NCBI GenBank assembly: GCA_963662265.2
Contig: CAXXHA010000010.1
Span: forward strand, 96,001-160,000
Direction: 5' to 3'
DNA length: 64,000 nt
Origin: Spirochaetia bacterium
GTDB taxonomy: Bacteria > Spirochaetota > Spirochaetia > CADAEX01
Each line of letters starts with the position of its first letter. Position 1 is the stretch's first letter. The notes under the pieces are model-generated. The model saw only the letters and a list, made by a program, of their open reading frames with translations. It was not told where the DNA came from and made no database searches. The translations under genes and the position numbers were made by a program. Of the stretch, positions 28,299 through 38,178 are shown one piece after another.

Positions 28299-29876
28299 AT
28301 GAATATGATACTGCTTTCAGCGCTTATAATTATCTATCTTTCAATAATATCCTATCTCGGATACAGGGGATATATTGAAACAAAAAATGCGGCTGATTAC
28401 ATGGTCGGCGGGAGGAATATCCATCCTTATATAATGGCAATGTCCTACGGCGCAACATTTATTTCAACATCAGCAATTGTAGGGTTCGGCGGTATAGCCG
28501 CGCTTTTCGGAATGAGCCTGCTGTGGCTCACAGTCTTCAACATAGGAATAGGAATTTTCATCGCGTTTGTTTTTTACGGAAAGAAAACAAGAAGAATGGG
28601 ATTGAATCTTGATGCCCATACTTTTCCGGAATTTCTCGGGAAAAGGCTGAACAGCAGGTTTATTCAGAAATTCGCAGGTATAATTATCTTTGTCTTCATG
28701 CCTCTTTATGCGGCAGCAGTTCTCATAGGAGCCTCGAGAATAATCGAAGGGCTGCTTGGAGTACCTTATATCTACTCTCTCTCAATATTCTCCATACTTG
28801 TTGCAGTTTATGTAATCATGGGGGGACTGAAAGGGGTAATGTACACCGATGCACTTCAGGGAAGCCTGATGTTTTTCGGAATGATTTTCCTCCTGTTTAT
28901 AATCTACTCAAAACTGGGAGGAGTAATAGAGGCTCATGTATCTCTGTCTGCAATGACAGACAAAGTACCTGATTCGCTGAAAGCCATAGGGCACCAGGGA
29001 TGGACAGCTTCCCCTGCTTCGGGAACACCGCTATGGTGGATAGTTTATTCATCGCTTGTACTGGGAGTCGGAATAGGAGTACTTGCACAGCCGCAGCTTG
29101 TTGTAAGATACATGACAGTAAAAAGCAACAAGGAACTGAACAGGGCTGTTGCAATAGGGGGGCTCTTTATTCTGATGTGTACAGGAACTGCTTTTATAGT
29201 AGGATCTCTTTCAAATGTATATTTCTTCAAAAATTTCAGCCAGATAGCTATCCAGTTTGCAAAAGGGAATTCAGATAAAATAATTCCGCTCTTCATAAAA
29301 GAGGCAATGCCTTCATGGTTCGGTTATGTTTTCATGCTGGTAATACTTTCCGCGGGAATGTCTACCTTAAGTTCCCAGTTCCACACTATAGGAACAGCGG
29401 CAGGAAGAGATATAATACACGGGAAAAGCAGGAATAAAAACAGGGATGTAATTGTGACAAAAGCTGCAATTCTTGTAAGCATACTGTTTACTGTCCTTCT
29501 TGCAATAAAAATGGAGCCTGGTATTATTGCAAGGGCAACTGCAATATTTTTCGGTCTCATGGCATCCAGTTTTCTTGCCCCGTACACAGCTGCAATTTAC
29601 TGGAAAAAGCTTACAAGAAAGGGAGCTATTGCAGGTATAATTTCTGGGGTATCAACAGCAGTTCTCATGTTCCTTTTTATGCATGGAAAAGAAGCAGCCG
29701 TATTCGGTTTATCAAAAATGATGTTCGGAAAGACAACTATTCTCGGGGGTATCTGGCCTTTTGTCGATCCTCTGGTAATAGCTCTTCCTGTTTCTGCAAT
29801 TTTCACGGTAGTTGTAAGCCTCTATACAGAGGTTGAGAATCCGGAAACAGTGGAAATATCATTTAAAGGTGTCTGA
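28299..29876 (+). CDS. Sodium:solute symporter (SSS, PutP/PanF-like)
   Basis: DYMVGGR, ATFISTSAIVGFGG, YVIMGGLKGVMYTDALQG, QPQLVVRY, SAGMSTLSS; about 13 TM. Confidence 0.95.
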   Translation: MNMILLSALIIIYLSIISYLGYRGYIETKNAADYMVGGRNIHPYIMAMSYGATFISTSAIVGFGGIAALFGMSLLWLTVFNIGIGIFIAFVFYGKKTRRMGLNLDAHTFPEFLGKRLNSRFIQKFAGIIIFVFMPLYAAAVLIGASRIIEGLLGVPYIYSLSIFSILVAVYVIMGGLKGVMYTDALQGSLMFFGMIFLLFIIYSKLGGVIEAHVSLSAMTDKVPDSLKAIGHQGWTASPASGTPLWWIVYSSLVLGVGIGVLAQPQLVVRYMTVKSNKELNRAVAIGGLFILMCTGTAFIVGSLSNVYFFKNFSQIAIQFAKGNSDKIIPLFIKEAMPSWFGYVFMLVILSAGMSTLSSQFHTIGTAAGRDIIHGKSRNKNRDVIVTKAAILVSILFTVLLAIKMEPGIIARATAIFFGLMASSFLAPYTAAIYWKKLTRKGAIAGIISGVSTAVLMFLFMHGKEAAVFGLSKMMFGKTTILGGIWPFVDPLVIALPVSAIFTVVVSLYTEVENPETVEISFKGV

Positions 29877-29914
29877 TAATTATCAATAACATATTTTCAG
29901 CCCAGGCTGATATC

Positions 29915-29951
29915 AGCACAGCAGGATACAATTATCCTGCTGTGCTTTTTT
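29915..29951 (+). terminator. Terminator after the symporter
   Basis: AGCACAGCAGGAT...ATCCTGCTGTGCT 13-bp stem plus T-run. Confidence 0.85.
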
Positions 29952-30202
29952 ATATATTTGAAATCAGCTGTATAATTATTTAAACTTTCCAATAAATCTG
30001 TATTAACTTTCAAGAATCTGTTATTATTCATAAACTGTTATAACGCATCATACTTGAAACCGGGATCTGACTTCGTATATTCGAAATAAATATTTATTCA
30101 GAATCTGGAATTATTATAAGGGCAAAAATCTAAGGAAAAAACTCGCAAAAGCGAGTTTTCAGAGGTGCCCATAAATATGATTTCCGCAGATTGGAGGTAA
30201 TT

Positions 30203-30820
30203 ATGAAACAGACATTTAATAATCTTCCAGAAGCAAAAAAAAACAGGATAATAAAAGCCTGTGTCGATGAATTCTGTGAAAATGGATATGATAAAAGTTC
30301 AACTGAACATATAATAAAACGTGCAGGAATCTCAAAAGGGGGGCTTTATGAATATATCAATTCCAAAAAAGACCTCTATCTTTATATTGTAAATTTCACA
30401 TATGAAAAACTATACAGCTATCTCAGGGAAAAAATAAACCTGGAACATTCTCCCCTCCCGTCAGATATACTTGAGAGGTTTAAAATTGTTTCAGATATTG
30501 CCATAGATTTCTATATCGAGCATCCGGAATATGTAAAGCTTATTGTAAAAACCTACAAAATTCATGATGTAGAGATTGAGGAAAAAGTAAGAAATATTTT
30601 CACATCTGAATTCATGTCAATCTTCGGAACTATCGAGGATGATTCTATAAAATATGATAAAGATAAAATATTCGATCTTCTCATGTGGCTGCTTCTGAAG
30701 ACCAGATATGATTTTCTCATAGAACTTGATGAGGCTGCAGATGCTGTTGAACTCAAGAAGGATTATCAGGAAAACTGGGATTTCTTTTTTTCAGTTCTCA
30801 AAAACGGGATTTATAAGTAA
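30203..30820 (+). CDS. TetR/AcrR family regulator
   Basis: TFNNLPEAKKNRII...GYDKSS...AGISKGGLYEYINSKKDLY HTH; ATG at 30203 after GGAGG. Confidence 0.93.
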   Translation: MKQTFNNLPEAKKNRIIKACVDEFCENGYDKSSTEHIIKRAGISKGGLYEYINSKKDLYLYIVNFTYEKLYSYLREKINLEHSPLPSDILERFKIVSDIAIDFYIEHPEYVKLIVKTYKIHDVEIEEKVRNIFTSEFMSIFGTIEDDSIKYDKDKIFDLLMWLLLKTRYDFLIELDEAADAVELKKDYQENWDFFFSVLKNGIYK

Positions 30821-30851
30821 ACTTTTTATGCCTGCAGAGGAAAAAACACAT

Positions 30852-30883
30852 AAAAATTGAGCCTGAAGATTCCCCAGGCTCAA
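30852..30883. terminator. Terminator between convergent TetR and HAD genes
   Basis: TTGAGCCTG...CAGGCTCAA with flanking A runs. Confidence 0.7.
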
Positions 30884-30927
30884 AATAATTTAAATAAAAA
30901 ACAGAGATTACTACTCTTTATTAATTC

Positions 30928-31686
30928 TTATTTTTTTTCAGAGGCAGTTACCTCTTCAATCACAGGTAGCAGTTCCCTCAGATCTGATATTGTATAATCA
31001 GCTTCCGGGCCTTTGTCTGAGGGAGAATTATGTTCATACTCTATCAGCACAGTACAGCCGATTCCTGAATCCTTTGCTCCCTTGATATCTTTAGACGGAC
31101 TGTTCCCGATATAAAGAACATTCTCAGGTTCAACACCAGCCTTTCGGCACGCGTAGTGGAATATTTCAGGATGAGGCTTTCTTCTTCCGAATTCAGCAGA
31201 TAGTATTACTGTATCAAAATAATCTGTAATACCATACTCATTCATGGAGTAGGCGACCTGCCCCCTTGAAAGAACATTGCTGATAATTCCCATCCTGATT
31301 TTCTTATTCTTAATCATTTCCAGGACTTCCGCAGTCTCAACTCTCGCACTCCTCTTAACAAAACCTGTATCAATCAGGAATGTAAGATCCTCAGCTATAT
31401 CATCGAGAATATCCTGGCTGACTTTGATATCATCAAGTATAAAATCCTTCCAAAGTTCCTCGGGACTGAGCTCAATAAAACCATCAAGACGCCATTTCCT
31501 GTATCTTTTTATTCCGTCAAGCACCTTTTCCCTGAAAGCTTCTGCAGAATATCCTGCAATTTCAGACACTCCATTATTAATAAGAATATCTGCCATTTTC
31601 CTGCATGATAAATCTGTTGCCTCACTGTCTCCGGGATAGATATCCAGAGTACCTCCCATATCGAAAAAAACCATATCAAGTTTCAT
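30928..31686 (-). CDS. HAD-superfamily hydrolase/phosphatase
   Basis: VFFDMGGTL, IISN, KPHPEIF, YIGNSPSKDIKGA; ATG at 31686 overlapping the RpiR gene end. Confidence 0.9.
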   Translation of the reverse strand: MKLDMVFFDMGGTLDIYPGDSEATDLSCRKMADILINNGVSEIAGYSAEAFREKVLDGIKRYRKWRLDGFIELSPEELWKDFILDDIKVSQDILDDIAEDLTFLIDTGFVKRSARVETAEVLEMIKNKKIRMGIISNVLSRGQVAYSMNEYGITDYFDTVILSAEFGRRKPHPEIFHYACRKAGVEPENVLYIGNSPSKDIKGAKDSGIGCTVLIEYEHNSPSDKGPEADYTISDLRELLPVIEEVTASEKK

Positions 31687-32548
31687 TGTTATCATCTCCG
31701 CAATAGTTGAAATAATAATCCTGCCTGTACTGTTCCAGGAGATCCAGCGTCTGATATGCATCAGCATCAAGTTTCTTGGCAACCCCTATGAGAAGGGCAT
31801 TGGTTATTGCCATCGGAACAAGGGGAGAATGAAATGCGCCGTGAGGGCCTCTTTCCCCGAACAGGACATACTCACAGTCCCTTATTATTCCCGGCGTCAT
31901 CATATCTGTTATAAGGACAACAGGAACTTTGTTTTTCTTCATTATTCCGGTAAACATCTTCTGATCATCAGAGATCCTGTTGAAATTATAGGCAATAGCA
32001 ATATCGCCTTCCTTTACAGAAACCAGCCCTTCCAGAAGATGAATTCCCCCTTCCTTGTGATGAAGGACATCCACTCCGAACCTGTTAAGCCTGAACGAGA
32101 GATGGCGCCCGAGCATTTCATTCGGCCCCACTCCCATTACATGAATCCTTTTTGCATTGCAGATCAGGTTGATTGTCCCGTAAAAGGAATTATCATCCAC
32201 AGTATTTACTGATTTCATCAGGTAATATATTTCCTGCTCTGTAATGCTTTTAAAAGAAAGCTCTTCCCCTTTGAAATCATCAATAAGGTTTCTTACCCTG
32301 TTGCCTGGAGAAAAAATCTCCTTGTAGTTGGAAAAAAGATTTTCCCGGAACTCAGGAAATCCCTTAAACCCGAGGTTTTTGGCAAATCTGACTATTGAAG
32401 CCTTGCTTACATCAATTTCGTCGGCAATTCTTGAAAGCGGATAATATATTACCTCTGAGACATTGGTAAGTATAAAATCCGCAATCTTTTTCTGCTGCCT
32501 TGGAAAAGAATCATATCTGTCCTGTATTTCCTGATAACAATCCTTCAT
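31676..32548 (-). CDS. RpiR/MurR family regulator (HTH + SIS)
   Basis: KIADFI...VSKASIVRFAKNLGFKGFPEFR; SIS IHVMGVG, VLITD; probable ATG at 32548. Confidence 0.92.
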   Translation of the reverse strand: MKDCYQEIQDRYDSFPRQQKKIADFILTNVSEVIYYPLSRIADEIDVSKASIVRFAKNLGFKGFPEFRENLFSNYKEIFSPGNRVRNLIDDFKGEELSFKSITEQEIYYLMKSVNTVDDNSFYGTINLICNAKRIHVMGVGPNEMLGRHLSFRLNRFGVDVLHHKEGGIHLLEGLVSVKEGDIAIAYNFNRISDDQKMFTGIMKKNKVPVVLITDMMTPGIIRDCEYVLFGERGPHGAFHSPLVPMAITNALLIGVAKKLDADAYQTLDLLEQYRQDYYFNYCGDDNNET

Positions 32549-32555
32549 ATGGCAA

Positions 32556-33659
32556 TTATCCCCTGAAAGACTCAACTTTTTCACCAGATTCAGAAGAGTA
32601 AATATTACCTCTCCTTACATTGACATCAACTTTTTCTTCTACTTTATATTTAAGGTAATTTTCTTCCGGACCCTTTACAATCATGTCCAGCTTTCTGTTT
32701 ACAGATTTCAGGTGCACCATAACTTCAGACCCCATCGGCTGTATGGTGTAGATAAAGAAATCACCATTTTCCGAAGACTTGATTTCAATATCTTCAGGTC
32801 TCGCATTTACAGTAATCCCCTCTACAGCTGAAGTCTTGAGTTCTCCGGAAAAACCTATGCTGCATTCCGGCTCAATTTCAGGAACAAATGATTTGCCGCC
32901 TGAAACTTTCACTTTAATGAGGTTTGTTTCAGGATTACCCATGAAATCGGCTACAAAAAGGTTTTCAGGATCATGGTAAACCTCGTAAGGAGTACCGATC
33001 TGCTGGATAACCCCCTCCTTCATGACAACAATCTTGTCTGAAAGAGCAAGCGCCTCAACCTGGTCATGTGTTACATAGATGGAAGTTGCTTCAAGTTCTG
33101 TATGGAGTCTTTTGAGTTCAGACCTCAGTTTCATCCTCAGCTTTGCATCAAGATTTGAAAGAGGTTCGTCAAAAAGAAGAATCCCCGGTTCATTAACAAT
33201 CATCCTTGCAAGTGCAACCCTCTGCTGCTGACCTCCTGAAAGTTCATGCGGATATCTCTTTTCGAGTGACTGAAGATCCATGGCATCTATTACTCTCACT
33301 ATTTTCTTGTTTTTCTCTTCCTGGGGAATTTTCAGTTTCCTGAGTCCGAAACCAATATTTCCCTCAACAGTCATATGGGGCCAGAGTGCGTAGTTCTGGA
33401 ATACAAGGCCAAGCCCCCTCTCCCCTGCAGGGTAGTTTATTTTTTCATCATAAGAAAACACAGGTTTTCCGTTAAGAAGTATTTCTCCCCCTTCCGGTGT
33501 TTCAAGACCTGAAATACACCTGAGAGTTGTTGTTTTTCCGCATCCTGAAGGACCGAGGAAAGTAACAAATTCCCCTTTCTTAATTTCAAGATCTATTTCT
33601 TTAACAGCAATCATATCGCCGAATTTCTTTAAAAGTCTGTTTAATTTGATAAAGCTCAT
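32556..33659 (-). CDS. ABC transporter ATP-binding subunit (FbpC/AfuC/PotA-like)
   Basis: GPSGCGKTT, FQNYALWPH, LSGGQQQRVALAR, LLFDEPLSNLD, VTHDQ. Confidence 0.95.
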   Translation of the reverse strand: MSFIKLNRLLKKFGDMIAVKEIDLEIKKGEFVTFLGPSGCGKTTTLRCISGLETPEGGEILLNGKPVFSYDEKINYPAGERGLGLVFQNYALWPHMTVEGNIGFGLRKLKIPQEEKNKKIVRVIDAMDLQSLEKRYPHELSGGQQQRVALARMIVNEPGILLFDEPLSNLDAKLRMKLRSELKRLHTELEATSIYVTHDQVEALALSDKIVVMKEGVIQQIGTPYEVYHDPENLFVADFMGNPETNLIKVKVSGGKSFVPEIEPECSIGFSGELKTSAVEGITVNARPEDIEIKSSENGDFFIYTIQPMGSEVMVHLKSVNRKLDMIVKGPEENYLKYKVEEKVDVNVRRGNIYSSESGEKVESFRG

Positions 33660-33686
33660 CTTTTTCCCCCTTTGCTTATTCGCTTT

Positions 33687-33782
33687 CGAGCACTTCCTCT
33701 ATGATGAAGTCTCTGCCTCGCCGAGCACTTTTCCTGCGAAAAAGTCTCTGTGCTGAATGAAAAAACATAGTTTTTTTCATTC
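33687..33782. repeat. Intercistronic tandem 29-bp hairpin repeats plus a third AT-rich hairpin
   Basis: CGAGCACTT-N11-AAGTCTCTG at 33687-33715 and 33722-33750; GAATGAAAAAA...TTTTTTCATTC at 33755-33782. Confidence 0.75.
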
Positions 33783-33785
33783 TTT

Positions 33786-35564
33786 TTAAAGTTCAACCTT
33801 TCCGCCGAGTTTCTGTAAAGTCAGGTGACCGGAAATAATTATCAGTACTATAAGAAGCATTACCCCGTAGGCATGCTGTATAAATTCCTGTGTTGTGTAT
33901 CTGAAAATTATTGAAGTCATCAGCGTTGTTTTTGGTGTTACAAGAAGTATAACAAGGTCAAGGACCCTCATTGTTGTAATAAATGTTAAAAGCATAGCTG
34001 AAAGTACCCCTGTTTTTGAAAGGGGAAAAATTATTTTTCGGAATCTTGTACCCCAGCCTATGTTATGCACAACTGCGACCTCTTCAAGAGACGGATCGAT
34101 CTGGTGCATAGCTGTAATACCTGCAGATGAAGAATACGGCAGATACTTGATTACACAGACCAGTACAAGGAGGGCAAAAGTACCGTAGAGACTGGGAATC
34201 GGCCCCCAGCTTCTTGCGAAAATTGTGAGATAAATACCACCGAAAGCAACCCCTGGAATAAGGTATGGTGTAAATGTGAGGTTTTCAATGAATTTTGCAA
34301 GAAACGATTTACGTCCTTTAACTACTGTATATCCTATAAGAATACCCAGTACACCGCTTATAATTGATGTAATTCCCGCAAGCGAGACAGAATTCTTTAT
34401 TGCAGACAAAATTGTCTTGTTCCTGAAAATACCAGGCTGACCTTCTGCAATATTCGGATCACTCTTTCCAATCCAGTAATGCAGTGTAAAATTATCAGGA
34501 GCAAGAGAGCCTTCATTTTTCAAGAAAGTCTGAAGCCCGAGAATAAAAAGAGGTCCGAAAATAAATATAATAATAAATGCGAAAATAAGTATTGTTAGCG
34601 GAATTCTCCATTTGCCGAGTGCTACAGGTTTTTTCCTGGAGCCCTTACCGCTAATTGTTACATATCTTTTCCTTGTCCCAAGAAGCAGCTGGTTCATAAA
34701 AACAACAAATGATGTTGCAATAATCAGGATAAGTGCAAGAACATATCCCTCACCGTAAAGCTGGTTTTCAAGAGAGGCATAAATTCTTGTAGAAAATGTG
34801 TAATACCTTATAGGAAGACCAAGGAAAGCCTGGGTTGCGAACTCTCCCAGCCCCTTGCTGAATGTAAGAACAAATGCAGCTCCCAATGCAGGAAGAACCA
34901 TGGGAAGAGTTATCCTGAAAAGGATCTCACTTTTAGAAGCCTTTAAAAGTTCTGCACTTTCTTCAAGTCTTGAGTCAACATTTGCAAGCGCGCCGCGCAG
35001 CATTATGAAAAAGTATGGAACATAGTGAACACCCAGAGCTATAACTATAGGGATATAACCGTAAATAATCCAATCAGGAGGATTCACTCCAAAAAGAATA
35101 TTCAACAGCCCCGGAGTACCGCCGTATTTTTCACTGTTGAAAACAGTAATCCAGGCCATTGCAACTGTCCAGGACGGCACAATGTAGGGAATAATCATCA
35201 CTGTGGAAAAGAAACCTTTACACGGGATATCTGTCCTTACAATCAGCCATGCAAAAAAGCAGCCGACAATCAGCGAAAAAGCAGTCATTCCGACAGATAT
35301 TGTCAGACTGTTCCACGCAGGTTCGTAGAAAATCGACTTTGCAAGATCGCCTTTAAGCGCCCTGAGCCAGTTAAACATTGTATATGCGCCCTCTTCAGCA
35401 CCGCGTACCATTCGGGGACCATTTTCATCAAAAACAAACGAAGCATTAACCATATAGAGAACAGGGCTAAGTACCAGGACAAACAGACAAACTGCTATTA
35501 TCCAGCCCCATACATTTTCAGGTTTCAGCCTCTTTATAGTATGCATTATTCTGCTGTTATTCAT
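33786..35564 (-). CDS. ABC transporter permease, duplicated domain (FbpB/AfuB-like)
   Basis: Two EAA loops (DSRLEESAELLKAS, DPSLEEVAVVHNIG); about 12 TM. Confidence 0.93.
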   Translation of the reverse strand: MNNSRIMHTIKRLKPENVWGWIIAVCLFVLVLSPVLYMVNASFVFDENGPRMVRGAEEGAYTMFNWLRALKGDLAKSIFYEPAWNSLTISVGMTAFSLIVGCFFAWLIVRTDIPCKGFFSTVMIIPYIVPSWTVAMAWITVFNSEKYGGTPGLLNILFGVNPPDWIIYGYIPIVIALGVHYVPYFFIMLRGALANVDSRLEESAELLKASKSEILFRITLPMVLPALGAAFVLTFSKGLGEFATQAFLGLPIRYYTFSTRIYASLENQLYGEGYVLALILIIATSFVVFMNQLLLGTRKRYVTISGKGSRKKPVALGKWRIPLTILIFAFIIIFIFGPLFILGLQTFLKNEGSLAPDNFTLHYWIGKSDPNIAEGQPGIFRNKTILSAIKNSVSLAGITSIISGVLGILIGYTVVKGRKSFLAKFIENLTFTPYLIPGVAFGGIYLTIFARSWGPIPSLYGTFALLVLVCVIKYLPYSSSAGITAMHQIDPSLEEVAVVHNIGWGTRFRKIIFPLSKTGVLSAMLLTFITTMRVLDLVILLVTPKTTLMTSIIFRYTTQEFIQHAYGVMLLIVLIIISGHLTLQKLGGKVEL

Positions 35565-35588
35565 TTTGGGTAAATCCTCCGAAGCTGT

Positions 35589-36767
35589 TTATCTGGACAG
35601 CCAGAAATCTCTTACTTTGAGACCATCGTAGTATACAAAGTCAGGATCAATTGACCATGCAAGTGATGATACTTCTGAGAGAGATTTGTCAAGCTGTGGT
35701 TTTATATCGCTTCTTGATGCCCACTGTCCGGGAACAAAGAAAGGAGCCATACCTTTTCCGCCCTCTGAATCACCAAGCATATATCTGATAAGAAGTTTTG
35801 CAGCATTTGGATGAGGAGCTTCTGCTGTCATGAGAAGGAAGTTGCTCTTTACAATACCGAATTTCGGCTCAACATCAAAAGCAATACCGAGTTTTGTTCC
35901 TTTTTTGTTGTATCTGATTTTTGATGAAGCAACACAAATACCTAGAGGAGCATTTTCCTGTCCTGCCTGTCCTGCAGCTTTAGCTGTTTTTCCATCTGAA
36001 GTTGTAAGAACAATGTCATTCTTCACAATTCTGTCAAGCCATTCATATCCGGCATTTTCGATACCATCAGAAAGCTCAATTTTTTTACCGTATTTCTTTT
36101 CATAGGCTGCCGCCATTTCATCTGAATGTTTAACAACCATCTGGAGAAAGTTCATGTTTTCAGGTGACTGCATAGGATCTTTCATCTGGAATCTTCCTTT
36201 CCATTCAGGTTCAGTGAAATCCCAGAGGTTTGTAACAGGTGGCTGTGAATAACTGTCTGTGTTATAGAAAATTACCTTTGCTTCGATTGAATGCTGAAGT
36301 ATGTCTTTTCTGTAATTTTCAGGAATCACATCTTCTGTTTTTACTCCGTCAACAAGAGTTGCAGGGACATAGTTTTTTGCAAGTCCTTTTTTAAGAATAT
36401 CTTTTTCAATTGAAGTTCTGTCAGCAAGAAGAAGAACGTCTGCATTGTAAACACCTGCAGCCTGCTCTCTTTTAAGCTTTTCAATCTGCTGAACAGTTGG
36501 AATATCAACTGCTTCAACTTCAATACCCGGATACATTGTCTTAAACTCTTCAACAGCATCAAAAATTCTTGATGTGAGAGCATAAATTACAACCTTACCC
36601 TCTTCCTTTGCAGCTTCATAAATTGCATCCCAGTCTTCTTCAACAACTGCAGATACAGCTTCTTCTTTTACTGGTTCTTCCTTGGTTCCGCCGGCAAAAA
36701 TCATACACGGGAGAACAAGAATCAATAGAATCAGAACCGCTTTTTTCATAAAATCCTCCATTTTCAT
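35589..36767 (-). CDS. ABC substrate-binding protein (AfuA/FbpA-like fold; start may be 36749)
   Basis: Spirochaete-style signal MKKAVLILLILVLPCMIFAGG, AAKEEGKVVIY, DFTEPEWKG, APHPNAAKL. Confidence 0.88.
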   Translation of the reverse strand: MKMEDFMKKAVLILLILVLPCMIFAGGTKEEPVKEEAVSAVVEEDWDAIYEAAKEEGKVVIYALTSRIFDAVEEFKTMYPGIEVEAVDIPTVQQIEKLKREQAAGVYNADVLLLADRTSIEKDILKKGLAKNYVPATLVDGVKTEDVIPENYRKDILQHSIEAKVIFYNTDSYSQPPVTNLWDFTEPEWKGRFQMKDPMQSPENMNFLQMVVKHSDEMAAAYEKKYGKKIELSDGIENAGYEWLDRIVKNDIVLTTSDGKTAKAAGQAGQENAPLGICVASSKIRYNKKGTKLGIAFDVEPKFGIVKSNFLLMTAEAPHPNAAKLLIRYMLGDSEGGKGMAPFFVPGQWASRSDIKPQLDKSLSEVSSLAWSIDPDFVYYDGLKVRDFWLSR

Positions 36768-37103
36768 TTACACCTGAATTCTGCCTCAGAAAAAAAGACA
36801 CAATATTCCGAAAACAACTTGTTTTTCCGAAGCAGTAACTGTATAAACAAATTTCCGGTAAAGAAATTTCCAGGCATGAAAACCGTGATCAGCTAAAACT
36901 GATATTTATTTCAGTGTTTTATTCAAGGTGTCCGGAATACCATGTTAATACATAGTATCCCGGATATAAATTATTAAAAATTCTGGTTAACAATATCTTA
37001 AGCGTGTTCTTTTTTCCTGTCAACATTTTTTTCATTTTTAGCCATATTTTAAACTTTTGTTTCATTTAGAACATTTAAAACCTATTTTAAGCAGATATAA
37101 AAC

Positions 37104-37140
37104 ATTTGTTTCATAATTTCGGGCAAATTATGAAACAAAT
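37104..37140. promoter_or_regulatory. Perfect 16-bp inverted repeat between divergent promoters
   Basis: ATTTGTTTCATAATTT-CGGGC-AAATTATGAAACAAAT. Confidence 0.6.
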
Positions 37141-37310
37141 AATGACAGGAAAAATTCAGTGTTAAAAAAAATCACAAAACAAGAGTTAAATTAAGCCTGA
37201 AACCGCTTCAGAGGATTATTTATCATGGTTCTGTATAATCAGCAGGAATTTTCCGGAATTTTATAAACAAAGTTAAAAACAGTTATCAAGTCTGATATAT
37301 ACTAAAAATA

Positions 37311-38042
37311 ATGGCAGTTATCAGATTCTACGAGGAGCTGAACGACTTCCTCGAAAATAAACAGAAAAAAACCCCCTATGAAGTACAGACAGCCCCCGGA
37401 CAGACTGTAAAAGATCTTATTGAATCCCAGAATGTTCCGCACACAGAAGTCGACCTGATTATCATAAATGGAGAATCTGTTGATTTCAGTTATCAGGTAA
37501 AGGAATATGACAGAATATCTGTCTACCCTGTGTTTGAATCATTCAATATAAAAGATGTTACACTGCTTAAAGACCGCCCCCTGAGAAGCAGCAGATTTAT
37601 TCTGGATGTGCATCTGGGAAAACTTGCAAGGTATCTGCGTTTTTCAGGGTTCGACACTCTCTACAGCAACAACTATGAGGACTCTGAAATAGCGGAAATT
37701 GCAGAAGAGCAGAAACGCGCTGTTATTACAAGGGACAGGGGACTTCTGAAACGGACAATAATTAAACGGGGATACTGGATAAGAAGCCAGGTTTCATCGG
37801 AACAATACAGGGAAGTTGTAACAAGATTCCAGCTTGAAGGGCTTGAAAACCTTTTCTCAAGATGTCCTGAATGCAACGGACTGCTGGAGAAAGAAGAGAA
37901 AAAAAATATTATCGATAAACTGCCTGAAAAAACAGCAATCTATCATAATGATTTTAAAAAATGCACAGTTTGCGGTAAGATATACTGGAAAGGGGATCAT
38001 TACTACAATTTCCTGGAAATGATCGGGAACCAGGATTCATGA
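37311..38042 (+). CDS. Mut7-C ubiquitin-like/RNase (PIN) domain protein
   Basis: N-term RFYEELNDFL...TVKDLIES..VPHTEVDLI (Ub-like); FILDVHLGKLARYLR, ITRDRGL, Zn ribbon CPECN/CTVCGKIYWKGDH. Confidence 0.92.
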   Translation: MAVIRFYEELNDFLENKQKKTPYEVQTAPGQTVKDLIESQNVPHTEVDLIIINGESVDFSYQVKEYDRISVYPVFESFNIKDVTLLKDRPLRSSRFILDVHLGKLARYLRFSGFDTLYSNNYEDSEIAEIAEEQKRAVITRDRGLLKRTIIKRGYWIRSQVSSEQYREVVTRFQLEGLENLFSRCPECNGLLEKEEKKNIIDKLPEKTAIYHNDFKKCTVCGKIYWKGDHYYNFLEMIGNQDS

Positions 38043-38178
38043 TTTTCTTATATAACTGTTTAAACAGTCTATTTAAATTTATTTATTTAACAGGATTATG
38101 CCTGTAATATAGATTAATACAATATAATTATTTAACAGCAACAATTTTGCTGAAAGACAGCTGATACAGGAGATATCT

